From an uncultured Erysipelotrichaceae bacterium (lineage in GTDB: Bacteria; Bacillota_I; Bacilli_A; RFN20; CAG-826): a stretch of 64,000 nucleotides of DNA. Under the pieces are notes generated by a model. That model was not told where the DNA came from, made no database searches, and saw nothing but the letters and a program-made list of their open reading frames with translations. Numbering within the stretch: the stretch's first letter is position 1; every line of letters begins with the position of its first letter. Both the position numbers and the translations under genes were made by a program. Of this stretch, positions 36,001 to 44,280 are shown piece by piece. The stretch lies in NCBI GenBank assembly GCA_902800355.1, contig CADCEE010000002.1, positions 13,227 through 77,226 of the forward strand, given 5' to 3'.

Positions 36001-36340
36001 CTTCGACCCTATAAGCCATGTTTTGTCTAGGATGATAATTTATCTAAGAATAATCTTACTTGAATCGATTCGTTTCTCTATCAAGTCTCCCCTACCAAAT
36101 TTGGGTTTCTCGCTTAAGGGGTTTACCGCGTTCCACCTTATTCTTTCAAATAAGCTCCGTCACTGTGGCACTTTCAGGAATTTTACCATGGGTTGCCCTT
36201 TAGGTTAATTTCCGCCGTCATGTACTCCTACATGCCTAACGTTATTTTTTCCGTTAGCGTAATCACTACAACCATCACAGATTGTGCGAGCATGGACTTT
36301 CCTCTAACTAACTAGTAGTCAGCAATCATCTAGGCCGAAG
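36001..36340 (-). ncRNA. rnpB: RNase P RNA, type B (compact)
   Basis: The minus strand contains GAGGAAAGTCCATGCTCGCAC (P4 5' strand), GAAAGTGCCACAGTGACG, GGTGGAACGCGGTAAACCCCT..GCGAGAAACCCAAATTTGGTAGGGGA and ACAAAACATGGCTTATAG (P4 3' strand). P1 pairs CTTCGGCCTA with TAGGGTCGAAG. These blocks are near-identical to the B. subtilis rnpB sequence as recalled. Confidence 0.93.
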
Positions 36341-36344
36341 GTTT

Positions 36345-36701
36345 TTATTTTAGTTCATCAGGAATAGTACCAATATGGTCTTTAATATATAGCTCCAACT
36401 TCCCGATACGATGGAGTAATTCATAATTATCGATATGAACAGCCTTATCTTTTGGAAGATATTTGATTTTATCTTTTTGTTTTGCTAACTCTTCACTTAA
36501 TCTAGCGTTTTCTTTTTTTAGTTCACTAAGTTCATTAAGTAAAGCTTTAACGTCAACTGTAGAAGAAGCCTCTATTTTCCTATAATCTTCAATAATTTCA
36601 TCTAAAACTGCGTCAACTTCATCAGGATCATATCCACGTTCTGCAGATTTAAATTTCTTGTTAAGAAGGGAATTAGAAGAAAAAGTTAGGTCTTTGTTCA
36701 T
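36345..36701 (-). CDS. gpsB: DivIVA-domain cell-cycle protein GpsB
   Basis: 118 aa. N-terminal DivIVA domain (FKSAERGYDPDEVDAVLDEIIEDY) followed by a coiled coil. Confidence 0.8.
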   Translation of the reverse strand: MNKDLTFSSNSLLNKKFKSAERGYDPDEVDAVLDEIIEDYRKIEASSTVDVKALLNELSELKKENARLSEELAKQKDKIKYLPKDKAVHIDNYELLHRIGKLELYIKDHIGTIPDELK

Positions 36702-36793
36702 ATACTCTACTATTATCTCTTATATCTAGATATTTTTCTATGAAAAATTAATAAATATAATCAATTTTTGAGTCAACTTGATTTTCCTTTTTC

Positions 36794-36822
36794 TTGAAAA
36801 GAATATTTTCTATCGTTAATAT
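36794..36822 (+). promoter_or_regulatory. candidate promoter giving near-leaderless exonuclease mRNA
   Basis: TTGAAA (36794-36799), 17 nt, TAATAT (36817-36822), then 8 nt to the ATG at 36831. No SD. The inverted repeat TTTTCTAT-N7-ATAGAAAA (36806-36828) spans the -10 box. Confidence 0.45.
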
Positions 36823-36830
36823 AGAAAACG

Positions 36831-37556
36831 ATGAAAAAAGTAAATCGCATTTTAAAAGGAAGAAAATACATCTGTTTCTTAGATTTCGAAGGAACACAGT
36901 TTTCTCATGAAATGATTGCCTATGGAGCCTATTTCACATATTTGAATAAAGAAGGCCAAATTGTTAAAGCTAAAAACCCAATAAGAAATTATGTGAAGAG
37001 TAAAAACTCTATTGGTAGATTCGTTAAAGAATTAACAGGAATCACTGAAAAAGATTTAGAAACATATGGGGTTCCATTTTCAAAAGCGATTAATGAAATT
37101 AAAAAGTATTGTGGGATGGCATTTAAAAAAACTGTCTTTGTCACCTTTGGTAACCACGATATGCGTATCTTAAATCAATCATGTTCCTATAACTTAGACG
37201 CTCCTAAAGAATTATGCGACATCATCAAAAAGAACTATTTTGATTTTCAATCAGTGATCTCTGAATTTGTTAAAGATGATAATGGTAATCCATTATCTTT
37301 ATCACATTATTTAGAAGTCTTTGGAGTTGAGTTTGATGGAACTGCCCATGACCCAATGTATGACGCTGTTAATTTAGCGAGACTCTATAGTGTTTTCCTT
37401 AAGGAAAAAAATATTGTATTAGAACAATATTATAAAGTATTAAATAGAAGCAATATTGGCCCAGAACCGGTTAATAAAGCAATTAAAAAATTATTAAAAG
37501 GTGAAGGCGTTACTCCAGAAGAATTTAAAGAGTTCGTTAAAGAATATATCGACTAA
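36831..37556 (+). CDS. DEDDh 3'-5' exonuclease (KapD-like)
   Basis: 241 aa. Exo I motif FLDFEGT, Exo II motif FGNHDMRIL, Exo III motif HDPMYDAVNLARLY. Confidence 0.75.
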   Translation: MKKVNRILKGRKYICFLDFEGTQFSHEMIAYGAYFTYLNKEGQIVKAKNPIRNYVKSKNSIGRFVKELTGITEKDLETYGVPFSKAINEIKKYCGMAFKKTVFVTFGNHDMRILNQSCSYNLDAPKELCDIIKKNYFDFQSVISEFVKDDNGNPLSLSHYLEVFGVEFDGTAHDPMYDAVNLARLYSVFLKEKNIVLEQYYKVLNRSNIGPEPVNKAIKKLLKGEGVTPEEFKEFVKEYID

Positions 37557-38146
37557 TGATTAAATATCCTAACGGCCAAGTATATAAAAAAGGGGAACCA
37601 AAAAAAGTAAAAAAGTCCTCTACAGAATTATCCATTTCTAGCGCTAACCGCGGAATGAATTTTGAAAGTGACATTAATATTTCTAATGAATATTATAAGG
37701 ATAAGAATATTTGCCTAATTACCAAAAGACCAACGCCAATTAATGTTGTTAAAGTTGATTACACTAAAGGGGCAAAAATCACACATGCATATTTTGAAGA
37801 GCAATCCACTACTGACTATAACGGAGTGTACAAAGGCCGCTATATAGATTTTGAAGCTAAAAACACAAAGAACAAAACTTCTTTTCCATTAAATAACATT
37901 ACTAAACATCAGATAGAACATTTAAAAAGAGTCATTCTTCATGGAGGCATTGCTTTCTTTATTATTCAATTTGAATTATTAGATAAAGTATTTATTTTAG
38001 ACGCAAGTTTTGTTATCCATTTCTATGAAAATGGAGAAAGAAAATCAATTCCATATTCATGCTTTTTAGAATCTGGGGTTGAAGTAGAAAGAAGTTATAA
38101 TCCGCGTCTAAAATACATAGACGCTATCGATAAATTATATTTTTAG
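37556..38146 (+). CDS. recU: Holliday junction resolvase RecU
   Basis: 196 aa with NRGMNFESDIN, ITKRPTPINVVKVDY and YIDFEAKNT motifs. The ATG overlaps the upstream TAA (TAATG). Confidence 0.92.
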   Translation: MIKYPNGQVYKKGEPKKVKKSSTELSISSANRGMNFESDINISNEYYKDKNICLITKRPTPINVVKVDYTKGAKITHAYFEEQSTTDYNGVYKGRYIDFEAKNTKNKTSFPLNNITKHQIEHLKRVILHGGIAFFIIQFELLDKVFILDASFVIHFYENGERKSIPYSCFLESGVEVERSYNPRLKYIDAIDKLYF

Positions 38147-38769
38147 TTCTTACAGAACTTTTTGATTTTACATTCTTCACATTTTGGATTTCTAGCGGTA
38201 CAGAAATATCGACCAAAATGAATGAGTTGATGATGAGATTTAATCCAAGACTCTTCTGGGATTATTTTTTTAAGTTTTCTTTCTATATCAATTGGCTCAT
38301 CCCCACTTTTAGCAATTCCTAAACGATTAGAAATACGAATAATATGAGTGTCTACTGGTAAATCAGGGATTTTAAAAACTTCACATCGAATAACGCCAGC
38401 TGACTTATTTCCTATACCCGGTAACTTTTGAAGTTCATCTTTATCACTTGGAAGAATAGAATGGAAATCATGATATAAAACTTCAGCGATACCTTTTATA
38501 TTCCTGGCTTTATTTTTATATAAACCAAGAGATTGAATATCTTTTTCGATATCTTTGATATAGGCATCTACAAAAGATTTGAGTGTTGGATATCTTTTAA
38601 ATAAGTGAGTTGTGACAGCGTTCACTGCTTTATCAGTGGTTTGAGCGGATAACATCACCGCGATCACAAGTTCATAATCCTTGGAATAAAAAAGCTCACA
38701 TTTCGCATTTGGAAAAAGTGAGTCTAAATAGTTTGATACCTCTTTAAATTGTTCTTTAGTTAACATCAA
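38143..38769 (-). CDS. nth: endonuclease III
   Basis: 208 aa. HhH-GPD fold (LPGIGNKSAGV), catalytic K and D, and the C-terminal 4Fe-4S cluster loop CTARNPKCEECKIKKFC. Confidence 0.93.
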   Translation of the reverse strand: MMLTKEQFKEVSNYLDSLFPNAKCELFYSKDYELVIAVMLSAQTTDKAVNAVTTHLFKRYPTLKSFVDAYIKDIEKDIQSLGLYKNKARNIKGIAEVLYHDFHSILPSDKDELQKLPGIGNKSAGVIRCEVFKIPDLPVDTHIIRISNRLGIAKSGDEPIDIERKLKKIIPEESWIKSHHQLIHFGRYFCTARNPKCEECKIKKFCKN

Positions 38770-39410
38770 TCTTTGTTAATCCACGGTATTTTAGCAATAC
38801 GAATTGTTTCTTCTAAATTCTTGTCCCATTCTTCGCTAAGTGGGGTGTGGCCTTCGGTTTGTAAGTCATCTCTTTGAGACCAACTGAGAAGAATCTTATC
38901 AACACTACGCAAAGTTTTCTTTCCTTTGGAAAGTGCTTCTTTAAGCGCATCGATAATTGTCTTATCGCTATAACCAAAGGAAATCCATTCATGGATTTTA
39001 GCAACTTCCACAGGAGATAAAGAACGTCCTAAAAGTTTTTCAAAATTAGTGTAAACATTTTCTAACTCTTCTTTAATACGAGTGGAGCTCTTTTCCTCTT
39101 CTTCTTTAGATAAGAATAATTGGAACTCTCTATATAGTTTTTGTTTTAATGGCTCTAAAGTAGCCACGGTGTTTTTACCAACTGTTTTATATTCAAACAT
39201 ACCTTTAGTAATGAGTTTAGCTAAAATCTTATCGATTTCTTTTAAATCTAAAGTCATTTTTAAAGATAATAAATCCGCGGTTACAAATGGGTTACCTTGG
39301 CTAATTAAATGATCAATAACAAAAATAGTCGCTAACTCATTTTCATTGAGTTTGAGTTTACGATAATTCTCGATTAATAAATATCTAAAATCTATAGCTT
39401 CAGTAATCAT
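38766..39410 (-). CDS. dnaD: DnaD-domain replication initiation/membrane attachment protein
   Basis: C-terminal DnaD/DnaB_2 domain (LSPVEVAKIHEWISFGYSDKTIIDALKEA). dnaD-nth synteny as in Bacillus. Start revised to the ATG at 39410. Confidence 0.75.
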   Translation of the reverse strand: MITEAIDFRYLLIENYRKLKLNENELATIFVIDHLISQGNPFVTADLLSLKMTLDLKEIDKILAKLITKGMFEYKTVGKNTVATLEPLKQKLYREFQLFLSKEEEEKSSTRIKEELENVYTNFEKLLGRSLSPVEVAKIHEWISFGYSDKTIIDALKEALSKGKKTLRSVDKILLSWSQRDDLQTEGHTPLSEEWDKNLEETIRIAKIPWINKD

Positions 39411-39418
39411 GTATATGT

Positions 39419-39427
39419 AATATAGCA
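39419..39427 (-). promoter_or_regulatory. candidate extended -10 promoter (leaderless dnaD mRNA)
   Basis: On the minus strand, TGcTATATT (39427-39419) lies 8 nt from the ATG at 39410. No SD. Confidence 0.35.
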
Positions 39428-39441
39428 CACTTCGATAATAA

Positions 39442-40104
39442 TTATAAATTATTTATACCGAATTTTTCTAAGATGCTCTTTAGTTCACTTTGATGGTGAC
39501 ATTTACGTATTTCTTCTAATATCTTTTCTTTTCTTAACTCAAGAAGTAATTCTTTATTTTTGTTTATCTCTATTTCTAATTCTTTATCAATAGAAAAACC
39601 TAAATCTAATTTAAAACGATAGATTCTAATAATTCTTAGTGGATCTTCTTTAATTCTAGTTTTAGCTTCACCCACCATTTTAATGACTTTATTTTTTAAA
39701 TCTTTTTGTCCATTAACAAAATCAATAACGTGTAAATCTTTATCTAAATATAAAGCATTAATGGTGATATCTCTACGAGGATAATCTTCTTTGATATCTT
39801 TGGTAAACTCAACAAGATTAGGGTGTCTAGAATCTAAATATCCACTTTCTTTTCTAAATGTTGTAAGGTCAAACTTAACATCTTTATAGATAAACTTCAC
39901 ACTTCCGTATTTAGCAAAAGTATAATCGGCATTTTCTAAAAAAGATTTCACTTCTATTGGAGTCGCGTCAGTTACTAAATCCATATCTGTTAAAGGAATA
40001 TTTAACAAATAATCTCTAGTAGATCCACCCACTAAATAAAGTTGATATCCATGTCTATTAAATAAGTTAACTAACTCAATAAATAAATTAATCTTATTGT
40101 CCAT
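39442..40104 (-). CDS. class II CCA-adding/poly(A) polymerase-family nucleotidyltransferase, head+neck only
   Basis: 220 aa with motifs LVGGSTRDYLL..DMDLVTD (A), RRDITINALY (B) and EDPLRIIRIYRF (D). That is about half the length of canonical ~400-aa enzymes. Confidence 0.72.
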   Translation of the reverse strand: MDNKINLFIELVNLFNRHGYQLYLVGGSTRDYLLNIPLTDMDLVTDATPIEVKSFLENADYTFAKYGSVKFIYKDVKFDLTTFRKESGYLDSRHPNLVEFTKDIKEDYPRRDITINALYLDKDLHVIDFVNGQKDLKNKVIKMVGEAKTRIKEDPLRIIRIYRFKLDLGFSIDKELEIEINKNKELLLELRKEKILEEIRKCHHQSELKSILEKFGINNL

Positions 40105-40131
40105 ATATAAATATTATATTTATTTATCGTT

Positions 40132-40159
40132 AAAAAAAAGACCCGAAGGTCATTTTTTT
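40132..40159 (-). terminator. terminator after hup
   Basis: Minus-strand A-run, then GACC-UUCG-GGUC (tetraloop hairpin, extendable by A:U pairs), then an 8-nt U-run. Confidence 0.55.
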
Positions 40160-40168
40160 ATATGATGA

Positions 40169-40453
40169 TTATTTGTTTAGCTTTGCTTTAAATTCTTTGG
40201 CTAAATGCACAGTTACAGTCTTCTTAGGTTTGATTTCAATTGCTGTATGCTTCTTAGGATGTGTACCTTTTCTGCCAGCTTTTGTTTTAGGCTCGAACAC
40301 ACAGAAATTCTTGATGTTGACTGATTCCCCTTTTAGCAAAGCTTCCATGATGAGGTCGAACGTCATATCAACTGATGCCTTTGCATCTACCTTTGATAAG
40401 TGTGCTTTCTCAGCGACAAGCTCGATGATCTCATTCTTATTGAGCTTTTTCAT
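40169..40453 (-). CDS. hup: DNA-binding protein HU
   Basis: 94 aa with the HU/IHF fold signature (MKKLNKNEIIELVAEKA...FEPKTKAGRKGTHPKK). AAGGAGA RBS. Confidence 0.92.
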   Translation of the reverse strand: MKKLNKNEIIELVAEKAHLSKVDAKASVDMTFDLIMEALLKGESVNIKNFCVFEPKTKAGRKGTHPKKHTAIEIKPKKTVTVHLAKEFKAKLNK

Positions 40454-40500
40454 CCCCTTATCTCCTTGTTAATGTATATAAATTATATAATGATTTTGAA

Positions 40501-41811
40501 CTACTTTCTATGTTTTTTTAAACTAATCTTTATAGGTGTTCCTTCGAAATTAAATGTTTCTCTTAATCGATTTTCCAAATATCGTTGATAGGAGAAATGC
40601 ATGAATTCAGGGTCGTTGACCACAAGAGATATTGTAGGTGGCGCAGTAAGGATTTGTGTAGAATAGTATATCTTTAAACGCCCTCCATTGAAGTCTGGAG
40701 CCTGGTTCATAACCTGTGCTTCTTGGATTACATTATTTAAAATTGATGTCTGTATACGAGTGTGATACGCCTGGTGTACAAGCGTTAATGAATCGAATAA
40801 AGAATTTACCCTTCTTTTTGTAAGAGCAGATAAGAACACAATTGGTGCGTAATCTAAAAATTTATATTCGTTTCTAATTGTTTTTTCATATGATGACATC
40901 GTGTTTGTATCTTTGTCTACGAGATCCCATTTATTAACAACAATGATGATGGCTTTATGCAAATCAGTAGCGTATTGAATAACATGTTTATCTTGTTCGG
41001 TGATACCAGCCTTCCCATCTAAAACTAGTAAAACAATTTCACTTCTTTCGATAGCTTTTAAGGCTCTAATGGCAGAATATTTATCGATGGCTTCATATAT
41101 TTTTCCTTTTTTCTTTAAACCAGCAGTATCAATAACAACATAATTAACGCCATCTTTTGTAAAAGGTGTGTCAATAGAATCTCTGGTGGTTCCAGAGATA
41201 TCGCTAACGATAACTCTTTCTTGAGATAAAATAGCATTTGTTAATGAAGATTTTCCAACATTAGGCCTACCAATTAAGCAAAAAGTAACAGTGTCGTCAT
41301 CATTTTTTTCTTTATCATCAGGAATCTTATCAATGATGCGATTTAAAACATCGCCTATACCTACACCATGACTTCCAGATACAGGAATTGGCTCACCTAA
41401 ACCTAGAGCATAAAACTCCGCTGCATTAGCGGCTTGTAGGCCTTCATCAATCTTATTTACTAATAATAAAATTGGCTTTTTAACTTTACGAAGAAGTTTA
41501 GCAACCATATGGTCATCAGTAGTAATTCCAATCTTGCCATCCACCACAAATAAAATAATGTCGGCTTCATCAATTGCAATATTGGCTTGAACTCTAATTT
41601 GTTCTTGAAATGGGCGATTAGCGACCTCAATTCCGCCTGTATCAATAAGAGTAAAACTCTTCCCTAACCAGCTAGCCGTGCCATATAATCTATCTCTAGT
41701 AATACCGGCTTCATCATCAACAATTGCTCTTCTATCACCAATGATACGATTAAAAATCGTTGATTTACCAACGTTAGGACTTCCAACAATTGCAACAACC
41801 GCTCTAGCCAT
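40501..41811 (-). CDS. der: ribosome biogenesis GTPase Der (EngA)
   Basis: 436 aa. Two tandem GTPase domains (GSPNVGKST and GRPNVGKSS) plus a KH-like C-terminus. Confidence 0.95.
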   Translation of the reverse strand: MARAVVAIVGSPNVGKSTIFNRIIGDRRAIVDDEAGITRDRLYGTASWLGKSFTLIDTGGIEVANRPFQEQIRVQANIAIDEADIILFVVDGKIGITTDDHMVAKLLRKVKKPILLLVNKIDEGLQAANAAEFYALGLGEPIPVSGSHGVGIGDVLNRIIDKIPDDKEKNDDDTVTFCLIGRPNVGKSSLTNAILSQERVIVSDISGTTRDSIDTPFTKDGVNYVVIDTAGLKKKGKIYEAIDKYSAIRALKAIERSEIVLLVLDGKAGITEQDKHVIQYATDLHKAIIIVVNKWDLVDKDTNTMSSYEKTIRNEYKFLDYAPIVFLSALTKRRVNSLFDSLTLVHQAYHTRIQTSILNNVIQEAQVMNQAPDFNGGRLKIYYSTQILTAPPTISLVVNDPEFMHFSYQRYLENRLRETFNFEGTPIKISLKKHRK

Positions 41812-42481
41812 TAATACCTTTCTCTTCTAATTTTGCATTAATAATCTCTATGACTTTATTAACAACTTCTTCAACAGTCATGAAGGATGTATCTAAAGTT
41901 AAAGCGTCAGGAGCGCATTTTAAAGGTGCGAATTCTCTATGAGAATCGATATAGTCTCTTTTACGGACATCATTTTCAATTTCTTCCAAAGTACAAGGAA
42001 TACCTTTAGCGATATTTTCGTCATATCTTCTAACTGCTCTAGTTTCTACAGAAGCAATTTGGAAGATTTTCACATCTGCGTCAGGAAGAACATATGTTCC
42101 GATGTCTCTACCATCCATAATTACAGAATGTTTAGCCGCCATTGCTCTTTGTTGATCAACTAAAAATAATCTAATGTCTTTATAAGAAGCAATGTAGCTA
42201 ACGTTACCAGAAACACGAGGTTCTCTTATTTCTTTTGTAACATCAAATTCATTACAAAGAACTTGTCCGCTTGGTCTTAATTTAATCGTAACTTCAGGAA
42301 TTAAAGCGCAACACGCTGCTTCGTTTTGGCAGTCTACCCCTTTTTCCATACAGTACCAGGTAAATGCACGATACATCGCACCAGTATCAATATAGGTGTA
42401 GCCTAAGCGCTTAGCAACTTCCTTAGCAACAGTAGATTTTCCAGCAGCGGCTGGACCATCAATAGCAACAGCAATTTTCAT
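41804..42481 (-). CDS. cmk: cytidylate kinase
   Basis: 225 aa with IAIDGPAAAGKST P-loop, DTGAMYR and GRDIGT motifs. AGGAGGA RBS. Confidence 0.93.
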   Translation of the reverse strand: MKIAVAIDGPAAAGKSTVAKEVAKRLGYTYIDTGAMYRAFTWYCMEKGVDCQNEAACCALIPEVTIKLRPSGQVLCNEFDVTKEIREPRVSGNVSYIASYKDIRLFLVDQQRAMAAKHSVIMDGRDIGTYVLPDADVKIFQIASVETRAVRRYDENIAKGIPCTLEEIENDVRKRDYIDSHREFAPLKCAPDALTLDTSFMTVEEVVNKVIEIINAKLEEKGING

Positions 42482-42493
42482 AATTATGTCCTC

Positions 42494-42721
42494 CTAAAAG
42501 ACAATTACTCCAAATATAACAAGTAGAGCGATAATGCTAACAATAGCTAAAGCTATCGATAAATTAATTACTCTATTTTTAATAGCGATTTTCTTAAAAA
42601 AACCCGCTTCATCAGCGAAATTTTCGTGAGTAGAAGGGGTTTTTAAAACAGGGATATTGTCACTTCTAGCGGCAATAGCTTGACGATATTTGCGATATTT
42701 CTCAATTCGTGTCCCTGCCAT
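42494..42721 (-). CDS. small tail-anchored membrane protein, unknown
   Basis: 75 aa with a basic N-terminal region and one C-terminal TM (LSIALAIVSIIALLVIFGVIVF). Weak RBS. Confidence 0.5.
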   Translation of the reverse strand: MAGTRIEKYRKYRQAIAARSDNIPVLKTPSTHENFADEAGFFKKIAIKNRVINLSIALAIVSIIALLVIFGVIVF

Positions 42722-42730
42722 AATCTTTGA

Positions 42731-44215
42731 TTATCTATCTTTCATCATTGGGAATAAGATGACTTCTCTAATGTTTTCTTGGTTAGTAAGTAACATCACA
42801 AGTCTATCGATACCCATTCCAATTCCACCTGCAGGTGGCATGCCGTATTCAAGAGCCTCAATGAAGTCATTATCCATTTCATTAGCCTCTTCATCACCAA
42901 GCTCTTTAGCTTTAAGTTGGGCTAAGAATCTCTCTTTTTGATCAAATGGATCATTAAGTTCTGTATAAGCATTTGCTAATTCTTTTCCGTTAACAAATAG
43001 TTCAAATCTTTCAGTATAACGAGGATCTTTACCTTTTTTAGTTAAAGGAGACACTTCAATAGGATAAGAATAGACAAATGTTGGTTGAATAAGTTCTGCT
43101 TCGCAGAATTCTTCAAAGAATTCATTCATTACATGGCCAACTGTGTTTTTATGTTTTTCAAGTTTAATACCTTTAGATTCCGCAAGTTTTTTTGCTTCTT
43201 CAAAATCGTAAATCTTTCTAAAATCTACACCAGTCTTTTCTAGAATGAGGTCAGCCATAGAAACCCATCTAAATGGTTTATGGAAATTAATAACTTTATC
43301 TTGATAAGTAACGATATCACTACCAGTTACATCTTTAGCAGCTTTTCTAATCATGCCTTCGGCAAGTTTTCTCATACCTTGTAAATCAGAATATGCTTGG
43401 TAGGCTTCAATGGTAGTAAATTCTGGATTATGAGTAGCGTCCATACCTTCGTTTCTAAATAAACGACCAATTTCATATACTCTTTCCATACCACCAACTA
43501 ATAATCTTTTGAGATTAAGTTCAGTGGCAATTCTTAAATAGAAATCTCTATCTAAGGCATTCATGTGCGCAACAAATGGACGCGCATTAGCTCCACCAAG
43601 GATAGGAGATAAAACTGCAGTTTCAACTTCCACAAATCCTTGTTGGTCTAAATATGATTGAATACTTCTAATAAGTTTTGGTCTAGCAAAAGCTACTTTT
43701 CTAGATTCATCGTTTACGATGAGGTCTAAATATCTACGTCTACTTCTTTCTTCAACATCGACTAAACCATGGAATTTCTCTGGGAGTGGATGTAAGCATT
43801 TAGTTAAATGGGTATATTTTTCTGCCCTAATGGTTAATTCACCACTACGAGTTTTCATAACACGCCCATGAACACCGACGATATCTCCAATATCTGCAAG
43901 TTTAAATAACTCATAAGCTTTCTTACCAACAACGTCAATGCCCATGTATACCTGAATATTCCCGCTTTTATCTTGGATATTCATAAATGAGGCTTTTCCC
44001 ATTCTTCTTAAATTTTTAATACGACCAGCAACAGTCACATAAGGTTTATTTCTTTCTAAAGAATTAGAACTTTTCTTATCAAATAAAGAATGAACTTCAC
44101 TTGTTAAATGAGATACTTTAAATGCTTTTCCAAACGGATCAACTTTAAAAGACTCATATTTCTTGAGTTTTTCTCTTCTTACTAGTTCTTGATCATTAAG
44201 ATTTTGATTATCCAT
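42731..44215 (-). CDS. lysS: lysine--tRNA ligase (class II)
   Basis: OB anticodon-binding domain plus class II motifs (FRNEG, GGIGMGIDRLVMLL). Start revised to the ATG at 44215, 8 nt after GGAGG. The ORF-track GTG at 44230 overlaps that SD. Confidence 0.95.
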   Translation of the reverse strand: MDNQNLNDQELVRREKLKKYESFKVDPFGKAFKVSHLTSEVHSLFDKKSSNSLERNKPYVTVAGRIKNLRRMGKASFMNIQDKSGNIQVYMGIDVVGKKAYELFKLADIGDIVGVHGRVMKTRSGELTIRAEKYTHLTKCLHPLPEKFHGLVDVEERSRRRYLDLIVNDESRKVAFARPKLIRSIQSYLDQQGFVEVETAVLSPILGGANARPFVAHMNALDRDFYLRIATELNLKRLLVGGMERVYEIGRLFRNEGMDATHNPEFTTIEAYQAYSDLQGMRKLAEGMIRKAAKDVTGSDIVTYQDKVINFHKPFRWVSMADLILEKTGVDFRKIYDFEEAKKLAESKGIKLEKHKNTVGHVMNEFFEEFCEAELIQPTFVYSYPIEVSPLTKKGKDPRYTERFELFVNGKELANAYTELNDPFDQKERFLAQLKAKELGDEEANEMDNDFIEALEYGMPPAGGIGMGIDRLVMLLTNQENIREVILFPMMKDR

Positions 44216-44280
44216 AGATAATGCCTCCACACCGCAAATAGTATATAAGAATCTTTGACCACTTTGTAGTCAAAATTTAT

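Noticed and set aside
35975-36208. N-terminal 15-codon extension of pgsA (start 36019) and plus-strand ORF 36023-36208.
   Set aside because: Both fall inside the RNase P RNA. pgsA has a strong SD plus ATG at 35974, and the 61-aa plus-strand ORF has no RBS.
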